Shown one piece after another: positions 48,271-57,990 of a DNA stretch of 64,000 nucleotides. Source of the stretch: an uncultured Pelagibacteraceae bacterium (GTDB taxonomy: Bacteria > Pseudomonadota > Alphaproteobacteria > Pelagibacterales > Pelagibacteraceae). Numbering within the stretch: position 1 is the stretch's first letter; each line of letters opens with the position of its first letter. A program made the translations under genes and the position numbers. The notes under the pieces were generated by a model, which saw only the letters and a program-made list of their open reading frames with translations, was not told where the DNA came from and made no database searches. The stretch lies in assembly GCA_902593285.1 (NCBI GenBank), contig CACJHW010000003.1:25260-89259 (forward strand). Direction: 5' to 3'.

Positions 48271-49164
48271 ATGAGTAAATCCATATCATTATTAAGTGCC
48301 TTATTGTGCACTTTTATTTGGGGTACAACTTTTATTGCCCAAGACACGGGCATGGATAATATTGGCCCTTTTACATTTAATGCTGTGAGGTTTTTTGTAG
48401 GTTTTCTAGCCATAATTCCACTTATGATTTTATTTGAATTAAAAAATTTTAAATCAGAATTTAAATTAGATAAAAAAACTTTCATAATTTATTCATTATT
48501 AATTGGAATTTCTTTATTCTTAGGCTCAGCACTACAACAAGTTGCTTTACTTTATACAGATGTTGCAAATGCTGCTTTTTTTACAATTTTTTATGTACCA
48601 ATGGTACCGATTATCATTTTTATGTTTGGTAAAAAATCAATGCATTGGAGTGTATGGCCTTCTGTAGTTCTATGTTTAATTGGAGGATATTTATTAACAA
48701 ATTTTCATGATGCAACAGTAAGATTAGGAGATACTTTGGTTGTTCTCGGAGCTTTATTTTGGAGCACTCATATCATTTTTACTGGGATCATTATAACTAA
48801 ATACAATCTTCCACTTACCTTAGGAGCTGCGCAGACTTTAATTGTGGCTATTTTTTCATTTATAATTGGAATTATTTATGAAGAATTTATTTTCAGCAAT
48901 ATTTTAATGGAAATTTATTCTATTTTATATGCTGGTATATTATCTGGTGGATTTGCATTTGTATTACAAATTTATGCACAGCGCAATATTACTCCAGCAC
49001 CTGCTGCTATAATTTTTTCTCTTGAAGGTGTATTTGCGACTATAGCTGCTTGGTTTATTTTAAATCAAATTCTAGATGTTAATAATTTACTTGGATGCTT
49101 TTTTATTCTATGTGGAGTTCTCTTGTCTCAATTACTTCCTTTGATTAAAAAGAAGTATATTTAA
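48271..49164 (+). CDS. DMT/EamA family transporter
   Basis: IWGTTFIAQ, GPFTFNAVRF, about 10 TM segments, IFSLEGVFA. Confidence 0.88.
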   Translation: MSKSISLLSALLCTFIWGTTFIAQDTGMDNIGPFTFNAVRFFVGFLAIIPLMILFELKNFKSEFKLDKKTFIIYSLLIGISLFLGSALQQVALLYTDVANAAFFTIFYVPMVPIIIFMFGKKSMHWSVWPSVVLCLIGGYLLTNFHDATVRLGDTLVVLGALFWSTHIIFTGIIITKYNLPLTLGAAQTLIVAIFSFIIGIIYEEFIFSNILMEIYSILYAGILSGGFAFVLQIYAQRNITPAPAAIIFSLEGVFATIAAWFILNQILDVNNLLGCFFILCGVLLSQLLPLIKKKYI

Positions 49165-49925
49165 TAAATTAAACTAAATAAAATCAAAGCAATTATTATT
49201 CTATAAATTACAAACGCATTCATTGAAAATTTATTAATATAAATTAAAAAGAATTTCACTGTTAGAAAAGAAAAAAAAAAAGAAGATATAATTGCGACAA
49301 CAACTAAGTAATTAAACTGTATTGATTGTTCCAAAATATCTTTTAAGCTTAAGATACTTGCTCCAACCAATGCTGGGATTGAAAGTAAAAAAGATATCTT
49401 ACTTGAGTCTACTCTATTAAATTTTAAAATTCTCGCAGCTGTTATAGTAATTCCTGCCCTACTTACTCCAGGTACAAGTGAGAAAATTTGGAAAATACCT
49501 ATAAATATTATTGACTGAAAATTTAAATTAGAAGAAATTTTTTTATCAAATCGATTTTTGTCTGAGATGTATAAAATTATTGCGAATATTAAAGTAGTCC
49601 ATGCTATAATTTCTATGTTTCTAAACTGATAAATTAAATTTGTACTATAAAGTATGTATCCAACAATTATTAACGGAATAGATCCAAGTATAATTAAACT
49701 TAAAAGTCTTTTATTTTTTCTAGCATCAAATAGTTCATCCCTAAAAAAATAAATTATTGCTATTAGAGAACCTAGATGGAGGCTGATATCAATAAGCAAG
49801 GAACTAGATTTAAATTCATATAAAGTAGAAACCAAAATTAAATGAGCAGAGGAACTAATAGGAAGAAATTCAGATATTCCTTGAATTGCAGAGAGAATTA
49901 AAACTTCTATAATATTTTGAAACAT
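49161..49925 (-). CDS. uppP: undecaprenyl-diphosphate phosphatase
   Basis: QGISEFLPISSSAHL, PGVSRAGITI, SFLLSIP. Confidence 0.94.
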   Translation of the reverse strand: MFQNIIEVLILSAIQGISEFLPISSSAHLILVSTLYEFKSSSLLIDISLHLGSLIAIIYFFRDELFDARKNKRLLSLIILGSIPLIIVGYILYSTNLIYQFRNIEIIAWTTLIFAIILYISDKNRFDKKISSNLNFQSIIFIGIFQIFSLVPGVSRAGITITAARILKFNRVDSSKISFLLSIPALVGASILSLKDILEQSIQFNYLVVVAIISSFFFSFLTVKFFLIYINKFSMNAFVIYRIIIALILFSLIY

Positions 49926-49973
49926 TATTTCTACGTAACTTATAAAGTATTTATTTGAAACAATTCGATTTAA

Positions 49974-50051
49974 GCATAATAGCTATGCAATAATTAAAAA
50001 CTTGTGTATTAGTGCTAATAATTTAGAAATTAAGGTCAATATATATGACCT
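49974..50051. promoter_or_regulatory. three inverted repeats upstream of gltD (candidate operators)
   Basis: GCATA-N5-TATGC (49974-49988), TATTAG-TG-CTAATA (50007-50020), AGGTCA-N7-TGACCT (50033-50051). Confidence 0.45.
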
Positions 50052-50108
50052 ATTTTATGCTTTATATACATAAATCAAGGTATATTTTGCCGGAACTTAA
50101 ATAATATT

Positions 50109-51548
50109 ATGCCAGATAAAATGCTCAAATTTGTTAAAATAGGTCAACAAACTCCACCTAAAAGAGAAGTTGATACGAGAAAGGAAGATTTTAAGGAAAT
50201 CTATGACGAGTACATCAATGAAAAAGCTAAAGAACAGTCGAGTAGGTGTTCGCAATGTGGAGTACCTTTTTGCCAAGTTCATTGTCCTTTAAGTAACAAC
50301 ATTCCAGATTGGCTTAAACTCACAGCTGAGGGAAGATTAAAAGAGGCGTATGAATTATCCCAAAGCACAAACAATATGCCTGAAGTGTGTGGCCGAATTT
50401 GTCCCCAAGATAGATTATGCGAGGGAAATTGTGTAATTGAACAGTCTGGTCATGGAACAGTAACTATTGGATCAGTAGAAAAATATATTACTGATAATGC
50501 TTGGGCTCAGGGCTGGGTAAAACCAATTAAGGTAACGAATGAAAAAAATCAAAGCATAGGAATTATAGGAGCAGGTCCTGCTGGTTTAGCTGCTGCAGAA
50601 CAATTAAGAAAAAATGAGTATAAAATAACTGTCTACGATAGGTATGATAGAGCAGGAGGATTACTAATTTATGGAATTCCAAATTTTAAATTAGAAAAAG
50701 AAGTTGTAGAGCGAAGAACAAAACTCTTAAAAGATGGAGGAATTGAATTTGTTCAAAATTTTGAAGTTGGTAAGGATGCAAGCCTAGACCAATTGAGAAA
50801 AAAACACGATGCAATTTTAATTGCTACAGGAGTTTATAAAGCAAGAGAAGTAAACTTACCTGGAAATGATCTTGATAATATTTTTCCTGCAATGGATTTT
50901 TTAACAGCATCTAATAAAAAAGGTCTAGGAGATGATGTTGAGTTGTTTGATAAAGGAATTTTAAACGCAGAAGGTAAAGATGTTGTTGTAATCGGTGGAG
51001 GTGACACAGCAATGGATTGTGTAAGAACTTCTATAAGACAGAAGGCAAAATCTGTTAAATGTTTGTATAGAAGAGATAAAGAAAATATGCCAGGATCTGC
51101 AAGAGAAGTTGCAAATGCAGAAGAAGAAGGTGTTGAATTTGTTTGGTTATCAAGTCCTAAAGAATTTAAAGGTACAAATAAAGTAGAAAAAATAATTGTA
51201 GATCAAATTAAACTAGGTGATCCAGACGAGACAGGAAGAAGAAAGCCACAAGTACAAGAAGGCTCAAGTTACGAAACAAAAGCAGATATGGTTATCAAAG
51301 CACTAGGTTTTGATCCTGAGGATTTACCGAATTTATTTGATAGTAGTGAATTACAAGTAACAAAGTGGGGAACTATTAAAACAGATTTTGATACTATGGA
51401 AACAAATATAAAAGGGGTGTTTGCTGCTGGTGATATAGTTAGAGGAGCTTCATTAGTTGTTTGGGCGATAAAAGATGGAAGAGATGCGGCAGCTTCGATT
51501 AAAACTTTTCTAGAGAGTAAATCTAAAATGGAAAAAAGAGTGGCTTAA
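50109..51548 (+). CDS. gltD: glutamate synthase small subunit
   Basis: RCSQCGVPFC..HCP, CGRICPQ..CE..C, GAGPAG, GGGDTAMDC, RGASLVVWAI. Confidence 0.96.
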   Translation: MPDKMLKFVKIGQQTPPKREVDTRKEDFKEIYDEYINEKAKEQSSRCSQCGVPFCQVHCPLSNNIPDWLKLTAEGRLKEAYELSQSTNNMPEVCGRICPQDRLCEGNCVIEQSGHGTVTIGSVEKYITDNAWAQGWVKPIKVTNEKNQSIGIIGAGPAGLAAAEQLRKNEYKITVYDRYDRAGGLLIYGIPNFKLEKEVVERRTKLLKDGGIEFVQNFEVGKDASLDQLRKKHDAILIATGVYKAREVNLPGNDLDNIFPAMDFLTASNKKGLGDDVELFDKGILNAEGKDVVVIGGGDTAMDCVRTSIRQKAKSVKCLYRRDKENMPGSAREVANAEEEGVEFVWLSSPKEFKGTNKVEKIIVDQIKLGDPDETGRRKPQVQEGSSYETKADMVIKALGFDPEDLPNLFDSSELQVTKWGTIKTDFDTMETNIKGVFAAGDIVRGASLVVWAIKDGRDAAASIKTFLESKSKMEKRVA

Positions 51549-54500
51549 TGAAAAATTATAAAAAGAACCTTCACATTTTAAAAGAAAATAATGTTTATTC
51601 AGAAGACATGGAGCATGATGCTTGTGGTGTTGGTATAATTGCATCAACTGAAGGTAAAAAATCTCGTAAAGTTGTAGAGTATGGTATTGAAGCGTTAAAA
51701 GCAGTTTGGCATAGAGGTGCTGTAGATGCTGATGGGAAAACTGGTGACGGAGCTGGAATTCATGTTGAAATACCAAAAGATTTCTTCATTGAAAAGATAG
51801 AAGTGACAGGACACACACATGACACTTCTGAAATATGTGTGGGCATGATATTTCTGCCTCGGAATGATTACGCAGCACAAGAAAGTTGCAAAACTATTGT
51901 AGAAAGTGAATTAACAAAAAATGATTTTAGTATTTACGGTTGGAGACAAGTTCCAGTTAATCCAAAAGTTTTAGGAGAAAAGGCATTCCAAACAATGCCT
52001 GAAATTATCCAAGTATTGTTTAAACCTTATAATCCAGAATTAACAAATAAAGATTTAGAAAGAAAAATTTATGAAACTAGAAGAAAGATAGAAAACGAAG
52101 CTTTTAAAAAATCTTTAAACAATTTTTATATTTGTTCATTGAGTTCTAAATCTATCATTTACAAGGGGATGTTTTTAGCTGAAGCTATCTCAGATTTCTA
52201 CCTTGATTTAAAAGATGAGAGATTTGTTTCAAGGTTTGCTATTTTTCATCAAAGATTTTCAACAAATACAGCGCCAAGCTGGAATTTAGCTCAACCCTTT
52301 AGAGCTATAGCGCATAATGGAGAAATTAATACTTATAGAGGAAATAAAAATTGGATGAAAGTTCATGAACAAGAGATGAACAGTCCCCTTTTTGACGATG
52401 TTGAGAACTTAAAACCTGTTATACAACAGGGAGCATCAGACTCTGCTGCATTAGACAATGTTTTTGAATTATTAAATATATCTGGTCAGCCTGCGCCTTT
52501 GGCGAAGCTTATGTTAGTTCCAGACGCGTGGTCTAAAAAAAATAAAACTCTACCAAAAGATCACCAACAATTATTTAATTTTTTGAACAGTACTATGGAG
52601 CCATGGGATGGACCAGCTGCTATTGCTGGAACTGACAATGAGTGGGTTATAGCTGCAAATGATAGAAATGGATTAAGACCTTTAAGATATGCTGTTACAA
52701 AAGACAAATTATTATTTGCAGGTTCTGAAACTGGAATGATTGAATTAAATGAAAAAAGAATTTTGTCAAAGGGAAGATTGGGTCCTGGGGAAATAATTGG
52801 AGTTAGAATAGAAAAAGGTAAAGTATTTACAAACAAGCAAATAAAAGATTATTTAGCCAAGGAGTATAAACACTTTAATTCACAAATTATCGACCTAGAT
52901 GATAAGTTAACTATTTTAGATGAAAAAAATTCTTTTTCGGGAGATGATTTAAGAAGAAGGCAATATACTTTTGGAATAAGTCTAGAAGATCTTGAGCTTA
53001 TACTGCATCCTATGGCAGAAGATGCTAAAGAAGCAACTGGATCTATGGGGGACGATACACCATTGGCTGTTTTGTCAGATAGGTATAGACCGTTGTACCA
53101 TTTTTTTAGACAAAATTTTAGTCAAGTCACAAACCCACCAATAGACTCTTTAAGAGAAAACAAGGTTATGAGTTTGAAAACAAGATTTGGAAATCTTGGA
53201 AATATTTTAAATTTTGATAATTTAACAAAGCAAAATATTTATGTTTTAAATAGTCCAATATTATCAAATTCTCAGTTTGAAAAATTTATAAATTTTTTTG
53301 GTAACAATTCATCTATAATTGATTGTACTTTTTCTGAGGAAGAAACTTTATTTGATTCAATTAAAAAAATTCAAAAAGAAGCTGAAATTGCAGTAAGACA
53401 GGGAGTTACTCAATTGATTTTAAGTGACAAAGAGCTTTCTAGCTCAAAACTTCCAATACCAATGCTTTTAGCAGTTGGATCAATTAATTCATTCCTTATT
53501 GAAAAAAAACTAAGAGGATATGTATCAATAAATGTTCAATCTGGAGAGGCTTTAGATACACACTCTTTTGCAACCTTAATAGGAGTTGGAGCAACTACTG
53601 TAAATCCATACTTAGCATTTGATAGTTTATTTCAGCGTCATGAAAAGAAATTATTTGGTCAATTTAGCTTTGATGAGTGTGTAGAGAGATACATAAAATC
53701 AGTAAACTCAGGTTTATTAAAGATCATGTCTAAGATGGGTATTTCAGTTCTAAGTTCTTATAGAGGTGGATGTAACTTTGAAACCGTAGGTTTAAGTAGA
53801 ACAATTGTTGCAGATTATTTTCCAGGAGTTGTCTCTAAAATTTCAGGTATTGGACTTACGGGTATAGAGAAAAAAATTAGAGAAATACATAAAGAGGCAT
53901 TTGAAAGTTCTGAAACAATATTGCCGATAGGTGGCATATATAGATATCGTAAAAATGGTGAAACTCATCAATATCAAGGAAAATTAATTCATTTACTTCA
54001 AAGTGCAGTAGGATCTAATTCTTATGATGCCTATAAAAGATATGCGGATGGAATATACAGCTTACCACCTATTAATCTTAGAGACTTAATTGATTTCAGA
54101 GAAAAAAAATTAAGTGGACCAATAGATATTTCTAAGGTTGAGCCAATAGAAAATATTTTAAAAAGATTTGGAAGTGGGAGCATGTCTCATGGAGCTTTAT
54201 CAAAAGAGGCGCATGAAACTTTGGCAACTGGTATGAATAGGATTAAAGGTGCTTCATGTAGTGGAGAGGGCGGTGAAGATGCTAGTAGATTTAAAGTTTT
54301 AGATAATGGTGACAGTGCAAACTCAAGAGTTAAACAAATAGCTTCTGCAAGATTCGGAGTTACAATTAATTATCTTAATAATTGTAATGAGATAGAAATT
54401 AAAATTGCACAAGGCGCCAAGCCTGGTGAGGGAGGTCAGCTACCAGGATTTAAAGTTACAGAGGAGATTGCTAAACTTAGACATTCAACTCCTGGAGTTA

Positions 54501-56053
54501 CTTTAATATCACCACCACCACATCATGATATTTATTCAATCGAAGATCTTGCACAACTAATTTATGATTTAAAACAGATAAATCCTAAAGCAAGAATTGG
54601 AGTTAAGCTAGTTGCTTCTTCTGGAGTAGGAACAATTGCAGCTGGTGTAGCTAAAGCAAAAGCAGATATAATATTAATTTCTGGACATAATGGTGGAACA
54701 GGAGCAACACCACAGACTAGTGTTAAGTATGTTGGAATACCATGGGAGATGGGTTTGACAGAAGCAAACCAAGTATTAACTTTAAATAATCTTAGACATA
54801 AAGTTACATTAAGAACAGACGGTGGAATTAAAACCGGAAGAGATGTGGTGATAGCTGCAATGATGGGTGCTGAAGAATATGGTGTTGCTACTACAGCTTT
54901 AGTTGCAATGGGTTGTATAATGGTAAGGCAGTGTCATTCAAATACATGTCCTGTAGGCGTTTGCACTCAAGATGAAAAGCTCAGAGAAAAATTTACTGGG
55001 ACTCCAGAAAAAGTAGTTAATTTATTTACATTTATAGCCAGTGAAGTAAGAGAAATATTAGCAAATTTAGGTTTTAAATCATTAAATGAAGTGATTGGCA
55101 GGACAGACTTGTTAAAACAGGTTAGTAAGGGTTCTCCAAATTTAGACGATTTAGATTTAAACCCTTTATTTGTACAAGCTGATACTGGAAATAATCCAAG
55201 GTATTGTGAGGATCAAGAAATAAATATTGTACCAGATACTCTTGACCAAGAAATTTGGCCAGAAATTGAACAAGCTTTAGATAATTCTGAAAAAATTGAG
55301 AAAGAATATCAAATAAAAAATACTCATAGGGCAGTAGGCACTAGAATTTCTCATCATTTGTATAAAAAATATGGTTATGAAAAACTTGATGAAAACTTTT
55401 TAGTTTTAAATTTTAAAGGATCAGCAGGTCAATCATTTGGTGCATTTTCTTCTAAAGGTTTAAAACTTGTATTAAAGGGAGATGCAAATGATTATGTTGG
55501 TAAAGGTCTGTCAGGAGCTACTATTTCAATAAAATTACCTGAAGAGAGCAATTTAGTATCAAATGAGAATACAATTTTAGGAAATACTGTTCTTTATGGA
55601 GCTACTTCAGGAAAACTTTTTGCTGCTGGCCAAGCTGGTGAAAGATTTTCAGTTAGAAATTCTGGTGCAGTTACAGTAATTGAAGGATGCGATTCTAATG
55701 GATGTGAATATATGACTGGTGGAACTGTAGTAATTTTAGGAGATGTTGGTGATAATTTTGCAGCCGGTATGACAGGTGGAATGGCATTTATATATGATAA
55801 ATCTCAACAATTTGAAAAGAAAGTAAATCCAGAATCAGTAGTTTGGCAAAATGTAGAGACAGATTATTGGAGTGAATATTTAAAAAATTTAGTCAGTGAG
55901 CACTTTAAAGAAACTGAGTCTCAATTATCGAAAAAAATAATTGAAAACTTTGATGATGAAGTAAATAATTTTGTTCAGGTGTGTCCTAAAGAAATGTTGG
56001 ATAAATTAAAAAATCCAATTACTTTAAAAAAAGATATGAAAAAAGTTAGCTAA
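51548..56053 (+). CDS. gltB: glutamate synthase large subunit
   Basis: EHDACGVG N-terminal nucleophile, HQRFSTNT, QGAKPGEGGQLPG, CIMVRQCHSNTC. Confidence 0.98.
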   Translation: MKNYKKNLHILKENNVYSEDMEHDACGVGIIASTEGKKSRKVVEYGIEALKAVWHRGAVDADGKTGDGAGIHVEIPKDFFIEKIEVTGHTHDTSEICVGMIFLPRNDYAAQESCKTIVESELTKNDFSIYGWRQVPVNPKVLGEKAFQTMPEIIQVLFKPYNPELTNKDLERKIYETRRKIENEAFKKSLNNFYICSLSSKSIIYKGMFLAEAISDFYLDLKDERFVSRFAIFHQRFSTNTAPSWNLAQPFRAIAHNGEINTYRGNKNWMKVHEQEMNSPLFDDVENLKPVIQQGASDSAALDNVFELLNISGQPAPLAKLMLVPDAWSKKNKTLPKDHQQLFNFLNSTMEPWDGPAAIAGTDNEWVIAANDRNGLRPLRYAVTKDKLLFAGSETGMIELNEKRILSKGRLGPGEIIGVRIEKGKVFTNKQIKDYLAKEYKHFNSQIIDLDDKLTILDEKNSFSGDDLRRRQYTFGISLEDLELILHPMAEDAKEATGSMGDDTPLAVLSDRYRPLYHFFRQNFSQVTNPPIDSLRENKVMSLKTRFGNLGNILNFDNLTKQNIYVLNSPILSNSQFEKFINFFGNNSSIIDCTFSEEETLFDSIKKIQKEAEIAVRQGVTQLILSDKELSSSKLPIPMLLAVGSINSFLIEKKLRGYVSINVQSGEALDTHSFATLIGVGATTVNPYLAFDSLFQRHEKKLFGQFSFDECVERYIKSVNSGLLKIMSKMGISVLSSYRGGCNFETVGLSRTIVADYFPGVVSKISGIGLTGIEKKIREIHKEAFESSETILPIGGIYRYRKNGETHQYQGKLIHLLQSAVGSNSYDAYKRYADGIYSLPPINLRDLIDFREKKLSGPIDISKVEPIENILKRFGSGSMSHGALSKEAHETLATGMNRIKGASCSGEGGEDASRFKVLDNGDSANSRVKQIASARFGVTINYLNNCNEIEIKIAQGAKPGEGGQLPGFKVTEEIAKLRHSTPGVTLISPPPHHDIYSIEDLAQLIYDLKQINPKARIGVKLVASSGVGTIAAGVAKAKADIILISGHNGGTGATPQTSVKYVGIPWEMGLTEANQVLTLNNLRHKVTLRTDGGIKTGRDVVIAAMMGAEEYGVATTALVAMGCIMVRQCHSNTCPVGVCTQDEKLREKFTGTPEKVVNLFTFIASEVREILANLGFKSLNEVIGRTDLLKQVSKGSPNLDDLDLNPLFVQADTGNNPRYCEDQEINIVPDTLDQEIWPEIEQALDNSEKIEKEYQIKNTHRAVGTRISHHLYKKYGYEKLDENFLVLNFKGSAGQSFGAFSSKGLKLVLKGDANDYVGKGLSGATISIKLPEESNLVSNENTILGNTVLYGATSGKLFAAGQAGERFSVRNSGAVTVIEGCDSNGCEYMTGGTVVILGDVGDNFAAGMTGGMAFIYDKSQQFEKKVNPESVVWQNVETDYWSEYLKNLVSEHFKETESQLSKKIIENFDDEVNNFVQVCPKEMLDKLKNPITLKKDMKKVS

Positions 56054-56799
56054 ATTAATAATTTAAGCTCTTTTAAAATTATATTTAACCATTTTTTATT
56101 TGATAAACTGTGATCACCTTTTTTAACAATATTTAATTTTTTCTTAGCTTTTGGAAATAATCTTAAAACTTTTCTTGAATATGAGACAGGAACTGCCTCA
56201 TCTTTCTCACCATGAACCATTGTTACTTTAATATTTGAATTAATTTTTTTATTTAGGACTTTGTTTTTTCTTCCATCTTTTATTAATTGTAGAGTAATTG
56301 GATATTCATAATTACCATGTTTTAATTGATAAATGCCCTTACTTATTGTTTCCTCTTTCATTCTTTTAGTAAATTTTTTCCACATTAAATTTTCTAAAAA
56401 TTCAGGAGCAGCCCCTATTCCTAAAAATCCTTTAATCTGTTTTTTAAAAATTTTGAATTGATTGAGCGAAATCCATGCGCCCATACTTGAACCAATTAGC
56501 ACAAATTCTTTTTTTTTAACGTATTTTCTGATTAAAATTGACGTCTCTTTACTCCATTTTGAAATGTTTCCATTTACAAATTTTCCAGAAGATTTCCCAT
56601 GACCAGAGTATTCTAGTGCTAAAAAACTTATTTTATTTTTTTTAGCAAATTTCAAAAAAGCATTTGGTTTTTTTCCTTCAAGATCTGACATAAAGCCATG
56701 CAAAAAAACTATAAAAGAACTATTTTTAAAAATTTTGGAAATATATCTAATTTTCTTTGTATTTGATATTTGGTGAAATCTGAAATTTGCCATAATCAT
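56050..56799 (-). CDS. alpha/beta hydrolase
   Basis: FLHGFMSD, YSGHG.S, GSSMG, HG..D..VP, GDH. Confidence 0.88.
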   Translation of the reverse strand: MIMANFRFHQISNTKKIRYISKIFKNSSFIVFLHGFMSDLEGKKPNAFLKFAKKNKISFLALEYSGHGKSSGKFVNGNISKWSKETSILIRKYVKKKEFVLIGSSMGAWISLNQFKIFKKQIKGFLGIGAAPEFLENLMWKKFTKRMKEETISKGIYQLKHGNYEYPITLQLIKDGRKNKVLNKKINSNIKVTMVHGEKDEAVPVSYSRKVLRLFPKAKKKLNIVKKGDHSLSNKKWLNIILKELKLLI

Positions 56800-56835
56800 T
56801 TATAAGTTTTGTCTATTAATATATAATCATATCAA

Positions 56836-57990
56836 ATGTCATCTGATTTAAAAGTTTTACAAGTAATTCCAAAATTAGGTTATGGAGGAGCTGAAACAGG
56901 CTGTTATGATATTGCACATTATTTACCAGAAAATAATTGTAAATCATTTGTTGTAACAAGCGGTGGTGAATTACTAAAATTTGTAGATAGAAAAAAAGTT
57001 AAAATATTTAGACTTCCAGTGCAAAGCAAAAATCCTCTACTAATTTTAATTAATGCTTTTATCTTAATTGGAATAATTTTAGTTTATAATATTTCTCTTG
57101 TTCACGCGAGAAGTAGAGCACCTGCTTGGTCATGTTTGTTAGCAACAAAAATCACAGGACGAAAATTTGTAACTACATTTCATGGAACATACAATTTTAA
57201 GAGTAATATAAAAAAAATTTATAATTCAGTAATGACTAGAGCAGATTTAATAATTGCAGGATCTAATTTTATTTTTTCTCATATTAAAAAAAATTATTCA
57301 AAATATTTAAATGAGAAAAAAAAATTAATGGTTATTTTTAGAGGAATAAACGTCGACTACTTTGACCCAACAACTAAAATTGAAATTGACGAAAAAAAAT
57401 TATTAAAAAAATGGGACATAGAAAAAGATAAAAAAATTATACTTTTACCTGGTAGATTAACTTACTGGAAAGGACAGGAAGTTTTTATAGAGGCTATTAA
57501 TTTAGTGAATATAGAGCTCGGTTATGAAGCTTTTTATGCTGTGATTCTAGGTAGTGATCAAGGTAGAGATTTATATAAGAAAAAATTAATAAGACTTTCC
57601 GAGCAATATAGATTGTCTAAACAAATAAGATTCATAGATCATTGTAAGGATATGGCGTTAGCTTATAAAGTTTCTGATATTATTGTTTCAGCCTCTACCG
57701 AACCAGAGGCTTTTGGCAGAGTTGCTGTTGAAGCACAATCGATGGAAAAACCAATTATAGCGAGCAACATTGGAGGTTCTAATGAAACAATAATTGATGA
57801 AAAAACTGGTTTTTTATATGAAGCAGGAAATGCTAAATCATTAAGTAATAAAATATTAAGAACTCTTAACATGGATGAAACTCTATTAAAATCAATTGGT
57901 AATGAGGGAAGAAAAAACATAGTTCAAAAATTTAATGTTGAAAAAATGTGTTTTTCTACTTATTCAGAGTATAAGAGATTATTAAATTAA
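56836..57990 (+). CDS. glycosyltransferase family 4
   Basis: GGAE, HARSRAPAW, PGRLT.WKGQ, PEAFGRVAVEAQ. Confidence 0.9.
   Translation: MSSDLKVLQVIPKLGYGGAETGCYDIAHYLPENNCKSFVVTSGGELLKFVDRKKVKIFRLPVQSKNPLLILINAFILIGIILVYNISLVHARSRAPAWSCLLATKITGRKFVTTFHGTYNFKSNIKKIYNSVMTRADLIIAGSNFIFSHIKKNYSKYLNEKKKLMVIFRGINVDYFDPTTKIEIDEKKLLKKWDIEKDKKIILLPGRLTYWKGQEVFIEAINLVNIELGYEAFYAVILGSDQGRDLYKKKLIRLSEQYRLSKQIRFIDHCKDMALAYKVSDIIVSASTEPEAFGRVAVEAQSMEKPIIASNIGGSNETIIDEKTGFLYEAGNAKSLSNKILRTLNMDETLLKSIGNEGRKNIVQKFNVEKMCFSTYSEYKRLLN

Noticed and set aside
50010-50018. TAGTGCTAA as a CIRCE element
   Set aside because: Only a right half-site; the TTAGCACTC left arm is absent at 9-nt spacing
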